From positions 32,001 through 96,000 of the forward strand of contig CAWBAN010000002.1 in assembly GCA_963786935.1 (NCBI GenBank): a stretch of DNA of 64,000 nt, written 5' to 3'. The notes below the pieces were generated by a model that was not told the origin of the DNA, ran no database searches, and worked only from the letters and a program-made list of their open reading frames with translations. This DNA comes from an uncultured bacterium. GTDB lineage: Bacteria; Krumholzibacteriota; Krumholzibacteriia; Krumholzibacteriales; Krumholzibacteriaceae. Position 1 is the first letter of the stretch; each line of letters starts with the position of its first letter. A program made the position numbers and the translations under genes. Shown piece by piece: positions 55,771 to 64,000 of this stretch.

Positions 55771-57075
55771 TTGTCTTCGGTATTGAAAAACATATTGATC
55801 CTGGCCGTTTTGCTGGGACTCGCCGTTCTCTATTTCCAGATCGCCTTGGACAACGGCTTCTGGCACAGCGACGACTTCAACTACCTCGCCCATAACCTGC
55901 ATATGACGGAGGGCAAGACCGCGCTCTTCGACAGCGAGCGACCGTACAAGTTCCAGCCGCTCGTCTACGGGATGTCGTACATTCTCTTCGATCGCTTCGG
56001 CTTCGAGCCGCGGGGCTATTTCCTATTCAACATTCTCCTGCACGGGCTGAACGCCTTTCTCGTGTACTCTCTCGTGCAGACGCTGCTGCGCGACCGGAGC
56101 GTTTCGGTGATCTCGGGGCTCCTCTTCGTCCTCACCGTAGGGAACTTCGGAAAATCGGTCATGATCATGTCGGGGATGGAGGACCTCCTCATCACGACGC
56201 TCACGCTCCTCACGATGCTGTTCTATTTCCGGAACGAGCTCTACGCCGGGGGCAGGATTTTGTCGCCATGGTACCTGCTCGCCTTCGTCTTCTTCGTCGG
56301 CTCGATGTTCACGAGGAGCACGAGCCTCTCGATCCTCGGCGCCTTTCTCGCGTTCAACTACTTCTTCAGGAGGGAAACCCAGCGCCGCGTGATCAGCCCG
56401 GCGTTTCTGGTCCTCCTCGCGATCGCCGCGGCGGCGCTCATATTGAAAACTCAGCTCTTCCACTACACGCCGAGCTTCTATTCGGAGCAGCCGGGAACGG
56501 TGAAGTATTTCATCTACGCCGCGAAGAATATCATCAGCTATCTCGTGCGCATGATCTTCCCGATCCACACGTCGCACCTCGTCGCCGAGGCGGGCCTGCT
56601 GGTGCGGCTCGTGTACGATTTCGCCACGGAGATCCGGATTGTCATCGCCCTCTTCGTGCTGTCGTATTCGTTCTTCGGATTCATCTTCGGCAACCACACG
56701 ATCCGCTTCTTCATCGCATGGACCTACATCATGCTGCTCCCGTTCGCCTTCTTCCAGTTCCCCGCCGACTGGCTCAACATCCGGCACCTCTACCTCGTGT
56801 CGATCGGATTCGTCCTCGTCCTCTCGGCGGGGGGAGTCTATTGCTCGCGGCTCATCGCGCACGCGGGGTGGCGGCGGCTCGTTCCCTTCGTGGTCCCGCT
56901 CTTCTTCGTGATCGTCGCGCGGTTCATCGCCGTGCAGCTCGACGAGAATTACGAGAGCAAGGCGACGGACCCCGCGCTCGCGTCGCAGCGGGAATCCATC
57001 GTACAGCGGTATCCGTGGGTGACGATCGTGGGGGACAAGCTGGTCTTCAAGCGGGACCTGCCGACGAGCCCGTGA
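55771..57075 (+). CDS. GT-C/PMT-like polytopic membrane protein
   Basis: FWHSDDF acidic loop, KFQPL, NILLHGLNAFLVY; multiple TM helices. Confidence 0.7.
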   Translation: MSSVLKNILILAVLLGLAVLYFQIALDNGFWHSDDFNYLAHNLHMTEGKTALFDSERPYKFQPLVYGMSYILFDRFGFEPRGYFLFNILLHGLNAFLVYSLVQTLLRDRSVSVISGLLFVLTVGNFGKSVMIMSGMEDLLITTLTLLTMLFYFRNELYAGGRILSPWYLLAFVFFVGSMFTRSTSLSILGAFLAFNYFFRRETQRRVISPAFLVLLAIAAAALILKTQLFHYTPSFYSEQPGTVKYFIYAAKNIISYLVRMIFPIHTSHLVAEAGLLVRLVYDFATEIRIVIALFVLSYSFFGFIFGNHTIRFFIAWTYIMLLPFAFFQFPADWLNIRHLYLVSIGFVLVLSAGGVYCSRLIAHAGWRRLVPFVVPLFFVIVARFIAVQLDENYESKATDPALASQRESIVQRYPWVTIVGDKLVFKRDLPTSP

Positions 57076-57128
57076 CGCGCCGCGGCGCCCGCGGCGCAGC
57101 GTCGAGCCCGCGGCGTCGGTCGGGCTCC

Positions 57129-58460
57129 TCAGGGCTTGAGGCGCAGGCGGAGCGAGCGGTCCTTCTCGAGTATCCCGATCTCGCGCTTCCCGGCCCGAAT
57201 CCCGAACACCATGCGTTTTCCCGAGAGCTTCCGCGAGAGGACCTTCGCGGTGCGCTCGATGAGCGCGATGGCGCGGCCGTCCTCGGCCGAAACGCGCACC
57301 TCCGCCTCGAAGAGATCCCTGCCGAGACGGGACTCGATCGCCGCGAGAATCGCCTCCGTCCCCTCGCCGGTCGCGGCGCTCGCGAGGATCGCGCCGGGGT
57401 GTTTCACGAGGAGGGCGTTCCGGCGCCCGGGATCCTCGACGAGATCGATCTTGTTGAGAACGAGCACGGTCGGCACGGGGGCGGAGTCGCTTTCGCCGTT
57501 TTCGTTCGCAGCCTTGTTTCGCGACAGCACCTCGCCGAGCACCGAGTTCACGACGGCGATGTGCTCCTCGCAGCGCTCGATCGAGGCGTCGGCGACGTGG
57601 AGCAGCAGATCCGCTTCCCGCACGTCGTAGAGCGTCAGCTTGAAGCTCTCGACGAGGTGATGCGGGAGCTTGCGGATGAATCCGATCGTGTCGGTGAGGA
57701 GGAACGGCTCCCCGTTCGGGGCCGCGACGCGCCTCGTCGTCGAGTCGAGCGTGGAGAAGAGGCGGTCGCTCTCGAGGACGCCGCTCCCGGCGAGCCGGTT
57801 GAGGAGCGTGGACTTGCCGGCGTTCGTGTAGCCGACGATCGTGACGGTGAAGATCCCCTCGCGGCGCTTGCGGCGCTCCTCGGCGCCGCGGTGGATCCGA
57901 TCGAGCTCGCGCTGGAGGCTCGCCATCCGGTCGCGCGCCCGGCGGCGGTCGACCTCGATCTGCGTCTCGCCCGGACCCCTCGTCCCGATGCCGCCGGCCT
58001 GCCTCCCGAGGTGCTCCCAGAGACGGCGCAGGCGCGGAAGCGCGTAGTTCAGCTGGGCGATCTCCACCTGAATGCGGGCCTGCTTCGTGCGGGCGCGCCG
58101 CGCGAAGATGTCGAGGATGAGCTCGGTGCGGTCGATGACGTTGACGTCGAGGATCTTCTCGATATTGCGCGCCTGCGCCGGGGTGAGGTCCTCGTCGAAG
58201 ATGACGAGATTGGCGCGGCGGTCGTGTATCTCCCGGGCGAGATCGTCGATCTTGCCCTTGCCGACGAAGGTCGCCCCGTCGACGCGGGTGCGGGATTGGA
58301 GCATGTTCCCGACGACGTCGGCGCCGGCGCTCCGGGCGAGGAGCTCGAGCTCGCGCAGGTTCTCGAGCTCGTCGGTGCGCCGGGTGCGGGGGAGCGTGAT
58401 GCCGACGAGATACGCTTTCTCGCGGGGGGCTGTGGACGGCGTGACCCGGTTTGGCCGCAT
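57129..58460 (-). CDS. hflX: GTPase HflX
   Basis: GPGETQIEVDRR, GYTNAGKST, LFSTLD, DTIGFI and NKID. Confidence 0.96.
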   Translation of the reverse strand: MRPNRVTPSTAPREKAYLVGITLPRTRRTDELENLRELELLARSAGADVVGNMLQSRTRVDGATFVGKGKIDDLAREIHDRRANLVIFDEDLTPAQARNIEKILDVNVIDRTELILDIFARRARTKQARIQVEIAQLNYALPRLRRLWEHLGRQAGGIGTRGPGETQIEVDRRRARDRMASLQRELDRIHRGAEERRKRREGIFTVTIVGYTNAGKSTLLNRLAGSGVLESDRLFSTLDSTTRRVAAPNGEPFLLTDTIGFIRKLPHHLVESFKLTLYDVREADLLLHVADASIERCEEHIAVVNSVLGEVLSRNKAANENGESDSAPVPTVLVLNKIDLVEDPGRRNALLVKHPGAILASAATGEGTEAILAAIESRLGRDLFEAEVRVSAEDGRAIALIERTAKVLSRKLSGKRMVFGIRAGKREIGILEKDRSLRLRLKP

Positions 58461-60995
58461 CTATTTCTCTTCGGGCTCCTCGCCCGTCTCGTCGCCGGCT
58501 TCTTCGTCGAGCGCCTCGTCTCCTTCGGGCTCCTCCCCTTCGTCCCCTTCCGCCGCTTCCCCTTCCGCGATCTTCTCGCCGGCCATGAGGGCGACGTCGA
58601 CGACGGCGTCCCCTTCGCCGAGGCTGATGAGCTTCACGCCCTTCGCGGGCCTTCCGAGAATGGAAATGCTGTTCACCGGAGAGCGGATGATGATTCCGTT
58701 GCGGGTGATGATCATCACCTCGTCCTCCTCGATCACTTCCTTGACGCAGACGAGATCGCCGTTGCGCTCGTCGGTCGAGATGGCGACGACGCCCTTGCCG
58801 CCGCGCTTGATGTTCCGGAAGTCGGCGATCCGCGTGCGCTTGCCGTAGCCGTGTTCGGTCACGGCGAGGAGCTCGGCGCCGCGCTTCACGACGACCATCG
58901 CGACTACCTTGTCGTCCTTGTCGAGCTTCACGCCCGTCACGCCCTGCGTCGAGCGCCCCATGTCGCGGACGTCCTTCTCGCTGAAGCGGATCGCCTTGCC
59001 CTTGCGCTTGGCGAGGATGACGTCGTCGTTGCCCGAGGTGAGCTTCGCCGCGATGAGCTCGTCCCCCTCGCGGAGGATGACGGCGATGATGCCGCCGCGG
59101 CGCGGGTTCGCGTAGGCGGAGATGTGCGTCTTCTTGATGAAGCCGTCCTTCGTGGCGAGCATGAGGTAGGCGTCCTGCTTGAAATCGCCCACCGGCACGA
59201 AGGCGGTGATCTTCTCGTCGCGGCCCATCTCGAGGAGATTCACGATCGCCTTGCCGCGCGCGAGACGGCCTCCCTGCGGCAGCTCGTGCACCTTCACCCA
59301 GAAGCAGCGCCCCTTGTCGGTGAAGAAGAGGATGTAGCTGTGCGTCGAGGCGATGAAGAGGTGCTCGATGAAATCCTCGTCCTTCATGCCCATCCCGGAG
59401 ACGCCCTTGCCGCCGCGGCGCTGGCGCCGGTAGGTCCCCGTCGGGATACGCTTGATGTAGCCGGTGTGGGTGATCGTGATGATCATGTTCTCTTCGGCGA
59501 TCAGGTCCTCGATCTGGAATTCTCCCTCCTGATCGACGATGTCGGTGCGGCGCTCGTCGCCGAAGCGCTCGTTCAAGTCGTCGAGCTCCTCGCGGATGAT
59601 GCCGAGGAGGCGCGTGCGGCTCTCGAGGATCGAGCGGTAGTACTCGATCTTCTTGATGAGCTCGAGATACTCGTCCTCGATCTTCTTGCGCTCGAGGCCG
59701 GTGAGGCGCTGGAGCCTGAGGTCGAGGATCGCCTGCGCCTGAATCTCCGAGAGCTTGAACTTCTTGATGAGCCCCTGCCGGGCCTCGTCCGGCGAGGCGC
59801 TCTTCTTGATCAGCTGGATGATCTCGTCGATATGGTCGAGCGCGATCTTGTATCCCTCGAGGATGTGGGCCCGCTCCTCTGCGCGGGCGAGGTCGTACTT
59901 CGTGCGCCGCGTGATGACGTCCTCGCGGTGCTCGAGGAATCGCTCCATGAGCTCCTTGAGGTTCATGACGACGGGGCGCATCTTGTCGAGGGCGAGCATG
60001 ATGATGCCGAACGTCACCTGAAGCTGCGTGTGGGCGAAGAGCTGGTTGAGGACGACCTTCGGGAAGGCGTCCTTCTTGAGCTCGATGGCGATGCGCATCC
60101 CTTCCTTGTCCGATTCGTCGCGGATGTCGGAGATGCCCTCGAGCTTCCCTTCGTGCACGAGCTGCGCGATCTTTTCGATGATGGAGGCCTTGTTCGTCTG
60201 ATAGGGGATCTCGCTCACGATGACGCTCATCTTGCCGCTCTTCTGCGTTTCGATCGTCGCGCGGGCGCGCAGAATGATCTTTCCTCGGCCCGTCGTGTAG
60301 GCCTCGCGGATGCCGGCCCGCCCGTAGATGATGCCGCCCGTCGGGAAATCGGGCCCCGTGACGAGCTTCGAGATGTCCTCGGGAGTCGCGGCGGGATTGT
60401 CGAGAAGCAGCTTGAGCCCGGCGACGATCTCGCTGAAGTTATGCGGGGGTATATTCGTCGCCATGCCGACGGCGATCCCGGCGGCCCCGTTGACGAGGAG
60501 GTTCGGCACCTTGCCCGGCAGCACGAGCGCCATCTGGCGCGTCTCGTCGTAGTTGGGCCCGAGCTCGACCGTTTCTTTTTCGAGATCGGCGAGGAGCTCC
60601 TCGGCGACCTCGGTCATCCGCACCTCGGTATATCGTTCGGCCGCGGGAGGGTCTCCGTCGACCGAACCGAAGTTCCCCTGGCCGTCGACGAGGGGATAGC
60701 GCATCGAGAAATCCTGCGCCATGCGGGCGACCGCATCGTATACGCTGGACGTGCCGTGGGGATGGTAGTTGCCGGTCACATCTCCGGTGAGCTTCGCGGA
60801 CTTGCGGTACGGCTTGTTGTGCGCGATGCCGAGGTCGTTCATCGCGAGCAGGATGCGCCGGTGGACCGGCTTGAGGCCGTCGCGAACGTCGGGGAGCGCG
60901 CGGGAAACGATGACGCTCATCGAGTAGTCGAGATAGCTGCTCTGCATCTCATCTTCTATATAGACCGGGATGATCCGCTGGCGGCTGATGTCCAT
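58461..60995 (-). CDS. gyrA: DNA gyrase subunit A
   Basis: RALPDVRDGLKPV, YHPHG, AAERYTE, GyrA-box QRRGGKG, acidic tail. Confidence 0.98.
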   Translation of the reverse strand: MDISRQRIIPVYIEDEMQSSYLDYSMSVIVSRALPDVRDGLKPVHRRILLAMNDLGIAHNKPYRKSAKLTGDVTGNYHPHGTSSVYDAVARMAQDFSMRYPLVDGQGNFGSVDGDPPAAERYTEVRMTEVAEELLADLEKETVELGPNYDETRQMALVLPGKVPNLLVNGAAGIAVGMATNIPPHNFSEIVAGLKLLLDNPAATPEDISKLVTGPDFPTGGIIYGRAGIREAYTTGRGKIILRARATIETQKSGKMSVIVSEIPYQTNKASIIEKIAQLVHEGKLEGISDIRDESDKEGMRIAIELKKDAFPKVVLNQLFAHTQLQVTFGIIMLALDKMRPVVMNLKELMERFLEHREDVITRRTKYDLARAEERAHILEGYKIALDHIDEIIQLIKKSASPDEARQGLIKKFKLSEIQAQAILDLRLQRLTGLERKKIEDEYLELIKKIEYYRSILESRTRLLGIIREELDDLNERFGDERRTDIVDQEGEFQIEDLIAEENMIITITHTGYIKRIPTGTYRRQRRGGKGVSGMGMKDEDFIEHLFIASTHSYILFFTDKGRCFWVKVHELPQGGRLARGKAIVNLLEMGRDEKITAFVPVGDFKQDAYLMLATKDGFIKKTHISAYANPRRGGIIAVILREGDELIAAKLTSGNDDVILAKRKGKAIRFSEKDVRDMGRSTQGVTGVKLDKDDKVVAMVVVKRGAELLAVTEHGYGKRTRIADFRNIKRGGKGVVAISTDERNGDLVCVKEVIEEDEVMIITRNGIIIRSPVNSISILGRPAKGVKLISLGEGDAVVDVALMAGEKIAEGEAAEGDEGEEPEGDEALDEEAGDETGEEPEEK

Positions 60996-61012
60996 GCAAT
61001 GCTCCTATCCTG

Positions 61013-62926
<1,914 letters not shown>

Positions 62927-63235
62927 TTATCTCTTCTCCCTTTCGATCTCGAGGCGAATCCCCTTGACCGTGACCTTCGGATATTCCGCTTTGATGCGGT
63001 CGACGATCTGCTTCTGGTGAAACCAGAGCTCCTGCATCCAGACGCTGTTCTCGACTTCTATGAAGAGGATGCCGTCTTTCAGCATCCGCGGGCGGCTCTT
63101 TTTCGCGATCACGGGCCCCACCACCTCCGCCCAGCCCTTCATGAGCTTCACCTCTTCGAACCGGTCGTCGAGCCCCATGAGATGGAGCACGCGGGGGAGG
63201 ATCTCCCCGACCTTCGCGGACGCTTTCGTATCCAC
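62927..63235 (-). CDS. DUF721/DciA-family protein
   Basis: W.EVVG..IA, NSVWMQEL; located between recF and gyrB; GTG start after GGAGG. Confidence 0.8.
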   Translation of the reverse strand: MDTKASAKVGEILPRVLHLMGLDDRFEEVKLMKGWAEVVGPVIAKKSRPRMLKDGILFIEVENSVWMQELWFHQKQIVDRIKAEYPKVTVKGIRLEIEREKR

Positions 63236-63356
63236 GGTGAAGCGTACCTCCCTGCGGATATGGAATTTTACGAACAAACGCCGGAAAAATACACAAAAAT
63301 TAGTCTCGCCGCAGCCCTTTTTTCGCCCGCCGTGCGCGCCCGCATCGATACGCGGG

Positions 63357-63481
63357 TGGCGGCGGACATTCCCGCGAACGAGCCCATGGGAGCCCTGCGC
63401 CTGAACCTGGCGCCGGACATTCCCGCGACGAACCCATTGGAGGCTCTGCGACTGGGTTCGGAGCGGGAATGTCCGGCGCCA
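63357..63481. repeat. Second copy of the REP-like element (two units)
   Basis: Near-identical to the 49779-49950 units; 19-bp perfect inverted repeat TGGCGCCGGACATTCCCGC...GCGGGAATGTCCGGCGCCA at 63408-63481. Confidence 0.88.
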
Positions 63482-63497
63482 CCCCCTCGCGGCCGGG

Positions 63498-64000
63498 TTA
63501 TCCCGCGGGTGCGATCGCCCCGTTCTCGACGGTGAAACGGGCGGCGTCTGGGCCCGCGGCCCCGAATTCCTCCGGCCGCGGCGTCGTGATGAAGCTCTGG
63601 TAGCTGTCGGCCAGGTGCGTCCTCACCCGCTCCGCCGTCTCCCGATCGAGCTCGGAGAATATGTCGTCGAGGAGCACCACCGGGCGCTCCCCCCGCCGGT
63701 CGAGGATCGTGAGGGCCTGCGCCAGCTTGAGCACGAGCGCGGCGAGCCGCTTGCGCCCCTGCGATCCGAAGCGCCTGATCTCGGCGTCCTCGAGGAAGAT
63801 CCTGATATCGTCGTACTGCGGCCCCGCCATCGTGTAGCCCCGGCGCCGCTCCGCCTCGCGGACCCTCGCCAGCGCCTCCGCGAGCGCCTCTTCCGGCTCC
63901 TTGTCCGCGGAGTTGAAGGAGCAGACATACTTCAGGTCGAAGGCGGCCGCGTCCCCGAGGATCTCCCCGAGGAGGGTGCGCGCGCGCGCCACGATCTCCC
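63498..64000 (-). CDS. recF: RecF, C-terminal part (runs off window end)
   Basis: GPQYDD, FGSQGRKR and VVLLDDIFSELD; located upstream of dciA-gyrB. Confidence 0.92.
   Translation of the reverse strand, partial: EIVARARTLLGEILGDAAAFDLKYVCSFNSADKEPEEALAEALARVREAERRRGYTMAGPQYDDIRIFLEDAEIRRFGSQGRKRLAALVLKLAQALTILDRRGERPVVLLDDIFSELDRETAERVRTHLADSYQSFITTPRPEEFGAAGPDAARFTVENGAIAPAG

Overview
High-GC bacterial chromosomal window, almost fully coding, ending in the origin-proximal recF-dciA-gyrB-gyrA block. PorV-like barrels and a C-terminal TWGGIKSLFR motif suggest an FCB-superphylum anaerobe, possibly Ca. Krumholzibacteriota/Latescibacterota (inference). In order it holds: Ktr/Trk K+ uptake genes; a BlaI/BlaR1-led envelope cluster with palindromic candidate operators; a heme cluster (MauG-type diheme enzyme, Cyc2-like cytochrome-porin, DUF438, NrfH, CxxCH-type NrfA); an 18-gene group-4 [NiFe]-hydrogenase operon with a complete Mrp-type antiporter set and an NAD(P)-binding HydB/HydG-like module; and a pair of exported DUF1573-like paralogs plus a TlpA redoxin. 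In one paralog an in-frame TGA sits exactly at the first Cys of the other's CGC motif, which makes it a probable selenoprotein and the top finding. After these come an IscS homolog lacking the PLP lysine with iscU and nadA; a corrinoid/MttB split methionine-synthase-like cluster; a dispersed REP-like repeat next to an unexplained ~150-nt structured element; peptidases; tandem PorV-like genes; and hflX. No rRNA, tRNA, CRISPR array or transposase gene was seen. All family assignments are by motif recognition, without database searches.
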